A stretch of DNA of 64,000 bases from an uncultured Christensenella sp. (GCA_949290515.1 CASERZ010000010.1:22153-86152), one strand, 5' to 3'; counted from the first letter of the stretch, positions 35,777 to 46,059 are shown. Made by a program: numbers and translations. The notes: generated by a model not told the origin, from the letters alone.

Positions 35777-36670
35777 TTATATTTTTGCCGTTTTTCTTAT
35801 ATAATCTCTAGCTTTGAGAGCGTATTCCAAAGGATTAGCCTTAGCGGGGTCTTGCTCTGCCTCGACAATCATCCAGCCCTCATAGCCGCTCTTGTCAAGC
35901 TCGTCGAATAAGGGAGCAAAGTCTATGCAGCCGTCGCCCGGTACGGTAAACGCGCCCTCTCTCACGCCTTGCAAGAAAGAGAGTTTTTCTTTCTTTACTT
36001 TCTCTACTACCTCGGGACGAATGTCCTTGAGATGCACGTGCGCTATACGCTTGGCGTACTTCTTGAGTACGGCAAGATAATCCTGTCCGCAATAAGCGAG
36101 GTGTCCCGTGTCGTACAAAAGCGCGAATTTGTCAGGGGCGGTCATATCCATCATTCTGTCGATTTCCTCGGCAGTCTGCACTACCGTGCCCATATGGTGA
36201 TGATATACGAGCCTTATGCCCATAGAATTGGCTATATCGCCCAGTCTGTTCATTCCCTTGGCAAACTTATCCCATTCCGCGTCGTTCATCACGTATTTTG
36301 CGTCGAATACGGGGGTATTCATCTGTCCCTGTATGCTAAAGCTCTGCTCGGACGCGCCTATTCTTTTTGCGCCCATTGCTTTCAAAAATTCACACTGCGC
36401 GATAAAGTCCTTTTCGACTTTTTCCATAGGCTCGGTGAGAACGAAAGACGAAAACCACTGATTTGCTATCTGAAGTCCTCTCATATCGAGCGCTTTCTTA
36501 AGCACTGCGGTATCCTTGGGATACTTGTTGCCTACTTCGCAACCCTCGAAGCCTGCAAGTGCCATTTCGCTCACGCATTGTTCAAAGGTGTTTTCACTGC
36601 CCAAATCGGGCATATCGTCGTTGGTCCACGCTATAGGCGCGATACCCAGTTTGATTTTGTTCTTGTCCAT
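35777..36670 (-). CDS. iolE: myo-Inosose-2 dehydratase
   Basis: GIAPIAWTNDDMP, YHHHMGT, DTGH, HVHLKD, VEAEQDP. Confidence 0.95.
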   Translation of the reverse strand: MDKNKIKLGIAPIAWTNDDMPDLGSENTFEQCVSEMALAGFEGCEVGNKYPKDTAVLKKALDMRGLQIANQWFSSFVLTEPMEKVEKDFIAQCEFLKAMGAKRIGASEQSFSIQGQMNTPVFDAKYVMNDAEWDKFAKGMNRLGDIANSMGIRLVYHHHMGTVVQTAEEIDRMMDMTAPDKFALLYDTGHLAYCGQDYLAVLKKYAKRIAHVHLKDIRPEVVEKVKKEKLSFLQGVREGAFTVPGDGCIDFAPLFDELDKSGYEGWMIVEAEQDPAKANPLEYALKARDYIRKTAKI

Positions 36671-36688
36671 AATTTTCCGCCTTTTATA

Positions 36689-38611
36689 TTAATATCTTCT
36701 CGCTTTCGCAAGCATATCCTGTTTTGTCTTCAACGCATCTTTCTGCGCGTTGTTTCTGGGGTTTTGCGTAACGCCTACGTTCCACCAGCCGTCATAGCCG
36801 TGCGTCATCGACTTAGGCAATACCTTAATGTCGATTAGTACGGAATTTTCCTGTTTCAAGCTATCATCGATAGCAGCTCTCAATTCCTCTTCGTTGTGAG
36901 CCGTATAGGTCGTAAATCCGTAGCCCTTTGCACTCATTGCATAGTCTATATTCATAAACTTACCCTTGCGTATAGGCGCGTTGCCGTTGCGGTAGCGAAG
37001 CTCCGTACACAAACTGTCTATGCCCTGTCCCATCTGCAAATTGTTGATACAACCGAAAGACGCGTTGTCGAAGAGCATTACGTTGATTTTAAGTCCTTCT
37101 TGCAATGCCGTAACCATCTCGGTATGCATCATAAGATAGCTGCCGTCGCCTACCATTGCATATACTTCTCTCTCGGGGAAAGCGATTTTACAGCCCAAAC
37201 TGCCCGCTATCTCGTAACCCATACACGAATAGCCGTATTCCATATTGTAGCTGTCCTTGCAATCGCTCGTCCACATTCTCTGCAAATCTCCGGGAAGACT
37301 GCCCGACGAGCCGATAACGATAGCGTCATCGGGTATCATCTCTCTTATGATGCCTATTGCCGTAGTCTGCGCCATTGCGCCGCCGTGTTCCTTGATAAAA
37401 TTCTGCACGACGTCAGGCATATGCTCGTCTATTTCAGGTTTGTAGTCCTTGCCTACGCTGATATGCGTAAGTCTGTCCATCTCCTTTGCCCACGCTTTTT
37501 TAGCCTTTTCTATTTCGCCCTTGTACGCGGTAACGTATCCGTCGAGTTTTTTGTCCAAAGCTTCTATTCCCGCTTTAGCGTCGCCTACCGCCTTTACAGC
37601 GTCAAGCTTGCCCGCGTGGAAAGAAGACATATTCAAAGTCACTACCTTTTTATCCGCATAAAGCGATTTGGAAGCCGTCGTAAAATCCGTAAATCTCGTG
37701 CCTACGGCTATAATCAGATCGCACGCTTTCGCAAGCGTATTTGCACTGCTGTTGCCCGTTACGCCGAGACCGCCGACGTTGAGCGCGTGAGATGACTTGA
37801 TTGCCGTCTTGCCTGCCTGCGTTTCGCAGAAAGGTATATTGTGCTTTTCGCAAAAAGCCGCTACGCTCTCGCCAGCCTCGCTGTACTTGACGCCGCCGCC
37901 TACGATAAGCAAAGGTTTCTTGCTTGCCTTTATAATATCCGCAAGGTCGTTGAGTTCTTCTTCAACGGGTACGGGACGTGTGATTCTGTTGACCCTCTTT
38001 TTGAAAAAGTCTGCGGGATAATCGTAGCACTCGCCCTGTACGTCCTGAGGAAGCGCAAGCGCAACCGCTCCCGTATGCGCGGGGTCGAGCAAAACTCTCA
38101 TCGCGTTGATGAGCGCGCTCATAACCTGCTCGGGACGGTTGATTCTGTCAAAATATCTCGTAACCGCCTTGTATGCGTCGTTGGTGGTAATCATCGGATT
38201 GTAAGTATGCTCTATCTGCTGAAGTACGGGGTCGGGCTGTCTGGTCGCAAACGTGTCGCCGCACAGCAACAGAAGAGGTATGTTGTTTGCCGTAGCCGTT
38301 CCTGCCGCCGTAACCATATTTGCAGAGCCGGGACCTATAGAAGATACGCAAGGCATAATCTTGCGTCTGTTGTTTTGCTTTGCGTAAGCGGTAGCCGCCT
38401 GCGCCATACCCTGCTCGTTTTTGCCCTGATACACCTTCAGAGAATGTTTACCCATAGACAAAGCTTCGCCTACGCCGAGTACGCAGCCGTGTCCGAATAT
38501 AGTGAATACGCCTTCGACAAACTTCTCTTCCTTGCCGTCGAATTCTACGTATTGATTATCCAAAAATCTGACGATTGCCTCGCCAACGCTCATTCTTTCC
38601 GTCTTTATCAT
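36689..38611 (-). CDS. iolD: 3D-(3,5/4)-trihydroxycyclohexane-1,2-dione acylhydrolase (ThDP)
   Basis: IFGHG, NEQGMA, QPDPVLQQ, EYGYSCMGYEI, GDGSY...N. Confidence 0.95.
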   Translation of the reverse strand: MIKTERMSVGEAIVRFLDNQYVEFDGKEEKFVEGVFTIFGHGCVLGVGEALSMGKHSLKVYQGKNEQGMAQAATAYAKQNNRRKIMPCVSSIGPGSANMVTAAGTATANNIPLLLLCGDTFATRQPDPVLQQIEHTYNPMITTNDAYKAVTRYFDRINRPEQVMSALINAMRVLLDPAHTGAVALALPQDVQGECYDYPADFFKKRVNRITRPVPVEEELNDLADIIKASKKPLLIVGGGVKYSEAGESVAAFCEKHNIPFCETQAGKTAIKSSHALNVGGLGVTGNSSANTLAKACDLIIAVGTRFTDFTTASKSLYADKKVVTLNMSSFHAGKLDAVKAVGDAKAGIEALDKKLDGYVTAYKGEIEKAKKAWAKEMDRLTHISVGKDYKPEIDEHMPDVVQNFIKEHGGAMAQTTAIGIIREMIPDDAIVIGSSGSLPGDLQRMWTSDCKDSYNMEYGYSCMGYEIAGSLGCKIAFPEREVYAMVGDGSYLMMHTEMVTALQEGLKINVMLFDNASFGCINNLQMGQGIDSLCTELRYRNGNAPIRKGKFMNIDYAMSAKGYGFTTYTAHNEEELRAAIDDSLKQENSVLIDIKVLPKSMTHGYDGWWNVGVTQNPRNNAQKDALKTKQDMLAKARRY

Positions 38612-38627
38612 AAATTGCTCCTTCTGA

Positions 38628-39398
38628 TTATTTCTCCCAGTATTCGTATCTGGGGTCTACTATTCTCGTTTTATCCCAAGGATTACCGTCGAGATGTCTT
38701 ATCATCCAACAGCAGTACATAGGGTATCCCGGTGCGGTAACCTGTACGTGCGTCTTTCCGCCGGGGAAACAACCTACGCTGCCGTCCACAATCGTATGAG
38801 GTTCCATCTCGCCTATAAAGCACGCGCCGAAAGCCTCGGGCGTGGGCATTTTGTAATAATACACCTCGGGTTGAGGATGCGAATGAGGAAGATAACTCCA
38901 CCATCTGCCCTGCCTTGCAAGCACCTCGCCTACTACGAGGTTGGAATAGGGCGCGTTGGAATAATCGAATATCGTATTGACGTCTCTGACTGCGGTATTC
39001 TCCCACAATCCCTCGCAGGACACGCTGCGAATAACGTCCTTTTTATCATAGAATTTTGCAGGGAAAACTCTGTCGTTGGTCGTAGCGAGATAGATTATTT
39101 CGCTGTCCTTGAAAGCCTTAACCGTCAGCGTGTTTCCCTTGCATACGTGCATACATACAGGCAAATCGTCGAATACTCCGCTTCTCTCTCCATTGCCGAT
39201 AAGGTCGCCGCAACTCATTTCCACGCCGCCCTCGGTAAGAAGTACGCACATTTCCTTGTCCTTTTCGCTGTAGCTTACGCTTTTGCCCGCCGCAATCTTT
39301 ACGACGAGAATATCCATAAGCATATCTTTGTTTTTGCCGTCCATTTTGGTCAGGGTTTTGACGCCCTGCTTGTTGAATTTGGGATAATTGAATGCCAT
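38628..39398 (-). CDS. iolB: 5-deoxy-glucuronate isomerase
   Basis: LVVGEV, WWSYLPHSHPQPEVYYY cupin, APGYPMY. Confidence 0.9.
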   Translation of the reverse strand: MAFNYPKFNKQGVKTLTKMDGKNKDMLMDILVVKIAAGKSVSYSEKDKEMCVLLTEGGVEMSCGDLIGNGERSGVFDDLPVCMHVCKGNTLTVKAFKDSEIIYLATTNDRVFPAKFYDKKDVIRSVSCEGLWENTAVRDVNTIFDYSNAPYSNLVVGEVLARQGRWWSYLPHSHPQPEVYYYKMPTPEAFGACFIGEMEPHTIVDGSVGCFPGGKTHVQVTAPGYPMYCCWMIRHLDGNPWDKTRIVDPRYEYWEK

Positions 39399-39481
39399 AT
39401 ATCCGCCTCCTGACTCCGCGCCGCCGCGCGGATAATTCCGTATTAATTTAATGCAAAGAGTATTTATCTACGCTTACTTGC

Positions 39482-40498
39482 TCAGCCTCTTGCAATCATA
39501 TCGCCGAATTGTCTTTTCTCGTCAGCGATAAACTTTTCGAGTTCTTCCACCGTAGGCATAAACTCCGAGCAGCCGTGCGCCGATACGAGCATAGACGCCG
39601 AAGCAGAGCCGAGTTCGAGAGAGTCCATAATCTCCTTGCCGTCAAACAATCCGTAGAGGAATGCCGAGCCGTAACCGTCTCCGCCGCCGAACGACTTGAA
39701 CGCCGTAACGGGGAAAGGCTTGATATTGTATTTCTGTCCGTCGAAGGTATGTGCGGTGCTGCCCTTCTTGCCGTGCTTGATAATGACGATTTTCGCACGC
39801 TTGGAAAACCAGTATTTTGCAGTCTGTTCGTCGTTCATCTGAGGCGCGAAAATAGCCTGCGTAAGGTCGTATTCTTCTCTCGAACCCATAATAATATCCG
39901 CGTGCTCGGCAACCGCAGTATAATATACCGCGATTTCGTCTTTGCTCTTCCAATTATAAGGTCTGTAGTCTATATCGAAAATTATTCTCGTATTATTCTT
40001 TTCGGCAAGCTGCATAGCCTTGAGACAAGCCTCTCTCGAGGGACTTTGAGCAAGTGCTGTACCGGATATCAAAAGTGCCTTTGCGCTTGCCACGTACTCT
40101 TCGTCCACGTCGTCGGGACTGAGCATAAGGTCAGCTATACCGTCGCGGTACATCAATATACTGCTCTCCGTGGGAGAAAGAATCTCCGTAAAAGTCAAAC
40201 CGAGTTTTTCACCGTTTTTCGCTCTCGTGACGTGAGATAAGTCGATACCCTCGTCGGCAAAGAATTTGGTAACGTAATCGCCGAACTGGTCGTCAGATAC
40301 CTTGCCGATAAAACCGACTTTCTTGCCGAGTCTGGCAAGACCTACCGCAACGTTAGCGGGCGAACCGCCGAGATACTTACGGTATTCCTTACTCTCGGAC
40401 AAAGGCTTGAAGTAATCGAGAGGATTGAAGTCAATGGCAATTCTGCCAACGGCTATCAAATCGAGTTTTCTGTTGTTTTCAAAGGTAACGTATTGCAT
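39482..40498 (-). CDS. iolC: 5-dehydro-2-deoxygluconokinase
   Basis: PfkB family; GRIAIDFN, GGSPANVA, FDIDYRPYNW, FGGGDG. Confidence 0.93.
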   Translation of the reverse strand: MQYVTFENNRKLDLIAVGRIAIDFNPLDYFKPLSESKEYRKYLGGSPANVAVGLARLGKKVGFIGKVSDDQFGDYVTKFFADEGIDLSHVTRAKNGEKLGLTFTEILSPTESSILMYRDGIADLMLSPDDVDEEYVASAKALLISGTALAQSPSREACLKAMQLAEKNNTRIIFDIDYRPYNWKSKDEIAVYYTAVAEHADIIMGSREEYDLTQAIFAPQMNDEQTAKYWFSKRAKIVIIKHGKKGSTAHTFDGQKYNIKPFPVTAFKSFGGGDGYGSAFLYGLFDGKEIMDSLELGSASASMLVSAHGCSEFMPTVEELEKFIADEKRQFGDMIARG

Positions 40499-40710
40499 TT
40501 TTCACCTCAAATATTTTCCCTTATCGGGCTACAGTGTCTTATTTATTGATTTATTTATCCGGGTTAAGTCCGCTCGGATGATATCTCCTGCCGACTTTAA
40601 CACCGACATCTACGACTTTATGTTTATAAGGTATAACGTCGGCAAAAGTTTTTTTGCATTAGCTCTGCATTGATTTTTGCTGTTATACTATATATAAATT
40701 ATATTAAATA

Positions 40711-40751
40711 TTATTTATACAATTTACATAAGGCTTAAATTGTATAAATAA
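40711..40751. repeat. 41-bp palindromic element, copy 1
   Basis: TTATTTATACAATTTA-cataaggct-TAAATTGTATAAATAA; arms identical to the copy at 61791. Confidence 0.85.
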
Positions 40752-40796
40752 AGGCTTACCCTTACCCGCCCGCGTGTACGCACGAATATTGACTTT

Positions 40797-41627
40797 TTAC
40801 GCGTTAGGCTCGCAGAGATTGATTATCCTTTCGGCAACTTCCTGTACGGCCTTGATTGCAAAAGGCAAATATGTCTTGGGGTCGTAAGTCGCAACCTTAT
40901 CTGCAAGACCTTTTTTCAACCCCTCGGTAAACGCCTGTCTTAGGTGCGTAGCAAAATTAATCTTGTTGATGCCTGCGTCGATACACGCGCGTATAACCTC
41001 GTCGCTAAGTCCGCTCGCGCCGTGAAGCACAAGAGGAATATCTACTTCGTCGGCTATTTCCTTTATTCTGTCTACCGCAATGTAAGGCGTTCCTTTATAT
41101 ACGCCGTGCGCGGTGCCTACTCCTATCGCGAGGGAATCAACACCTGTAAGCTTTACAAATTCTACGGCTTCGGACACTTCGGTATATTTTATCTGCCCCT
41201 CGGTTTCTTCCTTGCCGCCTATCGTACCCAGCTCCGCCTCAACGCTTACTCCGCTTTTGCGCGCAAGTTCTACGACTTGTTTTGTAAGGCTTACGTTTTT
41301 GTCAAAATCGAGCATAGAGCCGTCTATCATTACCGAAGTATAGCCTGCGTCTATGCAAGCTTTGACTGTTTCGATATCGCCGCCGTGGTCAAGATGTATG
41401 GACAAGTCAGCCCCGCCCTTGTAAAGCGCGCGCGTCAATGCGGCATAAGTAGGTATACCGCCGTACTTGAGAGTGCGAGGAATAGTCTGTATTATAAGCG
41501 GTTTTCCTGTGGAATTCAATGCGTTTAGCACGCCCAAAACGCTTTCGAGATTGTCGACGTTGAAAGCAGGTACGGCATATCCCTTGCGCTTTGCTGTAGA
41601 AAGCAATTGCTTATTGGTAACTATCAT
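40797..41627 (-). CDS. iolJ: Class II fructose-bisphosphate aldolase family (IolJ-like)
   Basis: HLDH, SVMIDGS, VEAELG, GTAHG, LVLHGASG, KINFAT; adjacent to iolC. Confidence 0.75.
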   Translation of the reverse strand: MIVTNKQLLSTAKRKGYAVPAFNVDNLESVLGVLNALNSTGKPLIIQTIPRTLKYGGIPTYAALTRALYKGGADLSIHLDHGGDIETVKACIDAGYTSVMIDGSMLDFDKNVSLTKQVVELARKSGVSVEAELGTIGGKEETEGQIKYTEVSEAVEFVKLTGVDSLAIGVGTAHGVYKGTPYIAVDRIKEIADEVDIPLVLHGASGLSDEVIRACIDAGINKINFATHLRQAFTEGLKKGLADKVATYDPKTYLPFAIKAVQEVAERIINLCEPNA

Positions 41628-41990
41628 TTACTTTCCCCCGTGTACGTAATAATCCAAAATACATATTCATTATACTATTTGCCTTAGTCAAAGTCAATAT
41701 TAAATTCCATTTTTTTGCCCCGAAACGGATATAAAAATAATTTAGGGCTTAATTTTAAAAATATACCTTTTTTTGCTATATTTTGCCACTTTTTTGCCAT
41801 AATAGTATGAAAAAATCAAAAAAGCAGCTTTACGCCGCTTCCAAGAACTATGCTTTTTTGTCCATATTTTGCCGTTTTGTCCATATAATTTTACATTAAA
41901 ACGCTCTGTGCGTTTTAACCATAATTGCAATAAGCAAAAAATAGAGCAGCCGCAAAAGGACTGCTCTCGTTTGTTTTGAATCAATGATAA

Positions 41991-42266
41991 TTATTCCTGA
42001 CCCTTGGTCTGCTCATCAACCTGAGGCTGTTCAGCGTTCTGCATAGGAGCTTGCTCTGCAGCTGCCTTGCAATACTTAGCGTTGAATGTTTTGTCATCGG
42101 CTACCAGATACATAATACCTTCGATAAGACCAACGATGCTGGGTATACCTGTCCAACAGAACAAAATATACAAGATACCGGAACCAATCTTGCCGAGATA
42201 GAACTTGTGTGCGCCCCAGCCGCCCAACAAGATACCGAGTACACCTGCTACTACTTTACTTTTCAT
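41991..42266 (-). CDS. TM2-domain small membrane protein
   Basis: KSKVVAGVLGILLGGWGAHKFYLG...LFCWTGIP. Confidence 0.9.
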   Translation of the reverse strand: MKSKVVAGVLGILLGGWGAHKFYLGKIGSGILYILFCWTGIPSIVGLIEGIMYLVADDKTFNAKYCKAAAEQAPMQNAEQPQVDEQTKGQE

Positions 42267-42497
42267 AATTCCCTCCTGAATTTAACAATAGCTACACAAT
42301 ATATATTGCGTAGTTACACTATAACATACGTCATAACAATTGTCAATACCATTTTTATATTATAACTAAAAATAGTAAATTCACTTGACGAATATCACAA
42401 TACTGCACCTGACACAGCGACAGTAAAGTTTAAGTTTATTTCGATTTCTAAATCGCTTGCTTGAAACTTACAATATCTATTTATATTAGACCGCCGC

Positions 42498-43400
42498 TTA
42501 TTTTGTCTCTATGAGAGAACAAATCTTGCCGGCATAATATATATCGTGCAAGGCTATGCCTATGTTGTAGGCAATAATGCGTTCTTCGTCGTTTTCTCTG
42601 CCACTGCACTTTCCGTTTACCACGTCAGCGACTTCAGCAAAACTTTTGAACCGGTCAAAGTATTTAAACCCTTCAATATGTCCCTTATCATCGCCGAATA
42701 TCTTGTCAAAAGTCAAATCGCAACCCTGAAATCCCAATGTATGCACGGGTATGAGAAGACAACCTTTTTCATAGACGCTTTCATCTGCAAAATCTTTTTC
42801 TGCATAGGTAATCGAAGAGACGATTACATCACAACCTTTTACCATTTGTAAATAATCGTCATACTTCTCCCATTTGATATTATGCTTTTGATTGTTGACA
42901 TAATATTCTCCGATAATTTCGTCCGCTCTGTTTTTATAATTGAATATTCTTATTGTCATATCTCTGTCGATTGTATCGAAAAAGACTTTGAGCGTAGCTT
43001 TACCTATTTCCCCCAAACCTATAAACGCTACTGTCTTGTAATCTGATTTAGCAAAAAGTTTAAGTGAATGAACAGCAACTGCCGCCGTGCGCCACTTTGT
43101 TATAAAATCGGCGTCCATAACGGCTTTTATATCTCCGCTGTCTAAGTCATACAGCATAAGATTGCTTTTCAGACTGGGGTCGCGCATAGGATATCTGTTG
43201 ACCAGTTTTACCCCCGCAAGTTTTTGCTTAGGCAAGATGCACGGCATAACGTTATAAAAAATATGCCCTTCTTGCTTCATAGATATCTTTGCGGGCAACA
43301 CGCACTCAGATTTATGCTTAATCATATCTCCCGCCCATTCGAGCATATCATTCGACGATATGCCTAGCTTTTCTATTTCGCCGTTACTTATATATCTCAT
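42498..43400 (-). CDS. Ornithine cyclodeaminase / mu-crystallin family protein
   Basis: NVMP, GVKLV, MDADFITKWRTAA, GLGEIG Rossmann, GRENDEERI, GIALHDI. Confidence 0.85.
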   Translation of the reverse strand: MRYISNGEIEKLGISSNDMLEWAGDMIKHKSECVLPAKISMKQEGHIFYNVMPCILPKQKLAGVKLVNRYPMRDPSLKSNLMLYDLDSGDIKAVMDADFITKWRTAAVAVHSLKLFAKSDYKTVAFIGLGEIGKATLKVFFDTIDRDMTIRIFNYKNRADEIIGEYYVNNQKHNIKWEKYDDYLQMVKGCDVIVSSITYAEKDFADESVYEKGCLLIPVHTLGFQGCDLTFDKIFGDDKGHIEGFKYFDRFKSFAEVADVVNGKCSGRENDEERIIAYNIGIALHDIYYAGKICSLIETK

Positions 43401-45223
43401 ACCCCCTCCTTAGCAACAAGAATATTTTTTATAGCTTTTAAAAAAGCATTGTTTTCCTTTGTATCCTTGACCGCAACTCGTATGAAGTTTTTACCGTTAA
43501 AATAGTTCTTTGAGGATAAATCTTTGAGCAGAATATTATATTTATCGAGAGCCTCCACACAAAAATCGTAAGACGAATAGTCGCCGAGATTGACCATTAT
43601 ATAGTTCGCTTGCGAAGGATAAGCCTCTATATTTTCCATCTTGTTGATTTCTTTTATCATACGGTTTCGCTCGACGGCAATTTTCTCACACGCACTTGCA
43701 TAATCCTTTGCAAACAGATTGTAAGTCTGCAGATAATACTCTGCAAAACTGTTGATGTTCCATATCTGCATATACTTTCTCATCTCCGACAAAAGTTTTT
43801 TATCGGCACTTGCTACAACACCCAGTCTTAACCCTGCAACGCCAAAAGATTTTCCTATACTTTTGACCACAATAAGATTAGGATACTTTTGCAATATTGC
43901 ATTATCCATAAGCGTATATTTTTTATCGGGCTCGGCAAAATCCGCAAAAGACTCGTCCAAAAGCAATACGGTATTTGTCTTTGCCGCATATTCCGCCAAA
44001 TCGAGAGCTTGCTCTTTTGTCAGCATCGCTCCGCTGGGGTTGTCAGGAGTAACTACGCAAAGCATATCTACCTCGTTGCAGATATCCTTGTAAGCCTGAA
44101 GATTTAAGCCGTAATTCCATTTTGAATTATCTACGTAAACTATTTCGCTATTTCTGAAACAGCGCACATATTCGTTGAAAGTAGGCACGCCAACGGCTAT
44201 CTTACCCTTTGTAACCAGTCCCAAAGCGTTTATAAGTTCGGAAGCCCCGTTACCTACAAGAATATTGTCCTGGTCAACTCCGAAAATCCTCTCTGCATTC
44301 ATATTCTGCATATTCAATCCGGAAGGATAAGCCCCCAACAAAACAGGGAATTCTCTTTGCATTTTTGCAGTGAATTCTTTAGTAGGGAAATAAGGATTGA
44401 CAAGATAACAAAAATCCATCATACTGTCGTATCTCCAGTATCCTCCGAATTTTGATATCAACAAATCGTATTTGGCTTTGCCCTTACTGAACATAGCGTT
44501 TGCTATATCTAGGTCCTGAGCGTCGTCAATCTCGTACCAGGGCATATCCCCTATCTCGTATGCATTCAGCTGAGTTTTAGATAAATGCGCAACAACTTTA
44601 AGAGTGGTTTCGTAATAACTGTTAAGCCCGTAAGCTTTCATATATGCTTCAAGAAAAGGTATATATACGTTTTTGCAGAATTGTTTGCTGAGTTTATAGA
44701 CGTTGACAGTTTTATAGTAATCGCCAATTAGTTCAAAGTTCATATCCGCTTTGTCAATAAATTGTGTAATATGTCCTTCGTCATCGCAAGTTACCACCGT
44801 ACCGTCCATCCAACTCTTATATCGCGCTACGGCAACAAGATTTTTATGTTTTACCGCCATCATTTTTTTGATAAGACTTTTGTCGTATATAAGGTCAGAT
44901 TCAAGCAAAACGGTATCGTCTTTTACAACGTAATCCTTCGCAAGATAAAACGAATATATGTTGTTGCTGGTAGCATAATCCTTGTTATAGATAAACTCGA
45001 ATTGCATCTGCGAACCCGCATAATTAGATTTTATATAGTCTATAAGATTCTGTCCTTCATAACCTACTACGAGAATCATTTTGTTTATACCCGCTTCCTC
45101 AACGGCTTCTATCGCGCGGTCAATAAGTTTCTTGCCCGCTACTTCTACCATACATTTTGTATTGTTGTTGGTGTATTTTCCCAATCTTTTGCCCATTCCG
45201 GCAGCTAACATTAACGCTTGCAT
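43397..45223 (-). CDS. Fusion: LicC-like phospho-cytidylyltransferase + class I/II PLP enzyme (HisC/CobD-like)
   Basis: LAAGMGKRL..KC, NNIYS, ESDL, WYEIDD in the N-terminal half; GNGASELI, PDNPSG, DESFADF, KSIGKSFGVAGLRLG in the C-terminal half. Confidence 0.88.
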   Translation of the reverse strand: MQALMLAAGMGKRLGKYTNNNTKCMVEVAGKKLIDRAIEAVEEAGINKMILVVGYEGQNLIDYIKSNYAGSQMQFEFIYNKDYATSNNIYSFYLAKDYVVKDDTVLLESDLIYDKSLIKKMMAVKHKNLVAVARYKSWMDGTVVTCDDEGHITQFIDKADMNFELIGDYYKTVNVYKLSKQFCKNVYIPFLEAYMKAYGLNSYYETTLKVVAHLSKTQLNAYEIGDMPWYEIDDAQDLDIANAMFSKGKAKYDLLISKFGGYWRYDSMMDFCYLVNPYFPTKEFTAKMQREFPVLLGAYPSGLNMQNMNAERIFGVDQDNILVGNGASELINALGLVTKGKIAVGVPTFNEYVRCFRNSEIVYVDNSKWNYGLNLQAYKDICNEVDMLCVVTPDNPSGAMLTKEQALDLAEYAAKTNTVLLLDESFADFAEPDKKYTLMDNAILQKYPNLIVVKSIGKSFGVAGLRLGVVASADKKLLSEMRKYMQIWNINSFAEYYLQTYNLFAKDYASACEKIAVERNRMIKEINKMENIEAYPSQANYIMVNLGDYSSYDFCVEALDKYNILLKDLSSKNYFNGKNFIRVAVKDTKENNAFLKAIKNILVAKEGV

Positions 45224-45225
45224 AC

Positions 45226-46059
45226 TTACTCCTTTTTCAATGAATCCTTATTAAAATTGGTTTTATCAAATTTTTTATAAGGGTTATTATAATCCACGTA
45301 ACAGATTGAATGTCCTTTCCTTTCTTCCTCGGGCGGCAATTGCATATAATCACCGAACGACAACTTCAAATAGGTATCGTAATCTTCAACCCCGTAAAAT
45401 TGCGTATCCTCAAAATCGTAAAGTTTGGGCTCGCCAAAACATTTTGCCGGCAAAGGTTGCGCGGCACCATATACGTTTATCCAATACAACGAAGACTTAC
45501 CCTTAAACTTTTTAATTACGTTATAAGGCATATCAAACCATTTAGGACTTTCAGGTAAAATCTGCAAACATCTTGCAACGACTGTCTTTAAGAATGTTGT
45601 CCTGCCGCCTTTTTGATAGATACCCGATATAATTCTTTTTTTCGTGTGGATTTTTTTCGACAATTTGTTTGCCTTTTGCAAGTCGTCTCCGATTTCATCA
45701 AGAGGAAATACGTCAATGAATACTCCCCCTACAAACAATGTATCCTGTCCCGATTCGACATACGTGGTATTTTCGTCATACATTTTACAAAAACCGTATT
45801 TGAAATGTTTTCCGTCAGACGGAACGTTGAAAGTATATCCATCGGGAAGCTTATCTCTTAAAGTCAGCATCCTGTCGTAATCTTTTCTGGGCACGCCGAA
45901 ATCTATATCGTCATCCCAAGGAATAAAGCCCTTGTGCCTTATTGCGCCCAGCATAGTTCCGCCAAGCATATAATATTTTATGTCGTTTTCCTGACAAAAT
46001 TTGTGAAATACTTTTGCCATTTCCAACAACTTTTGCTTTAACAACACTGCATCGTTCAT
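45226..46059 (-). CDS. licD: LicD-family phosphotransferase
   Basis: GGTMLGAIRHKGFIPWDDDID, IDVFPLD, FGDYMQLPP. Confidence 0.92.
   Translation of the reverse strand: MNDAVLLKQKLLEMAKVFHKFCQENDIKYYMLGGTMLGAIRHKGFIPWDDDIDFGVPRKDYDRMLTLRDKLPDGYTFNVPSDGKHFKYGFCKMYDENTTYVESGQDTLFVGGVFIDVFPLDEIGDDLQKANKLSKKIHTKKRIISGIYQKGGRTTFLKTVVARCLQILPESPKWFDMPYNVIKKFKGKSSLYWINVYGAAQPLPAKCFGEPKLYDFEDTQFYGVEDYDTYLKLSFGDYMQLPPEEERKGHSICYVDYNNPYKKFDKTNFNKDSLKKE

Noticed and set aside
42498-45223. Phosphonate or phosphocholine pathway
   Set aside because: No PEP mutase or phosphonopyruvate decarboxylase, and no choline kinase or transporter, in the locus.
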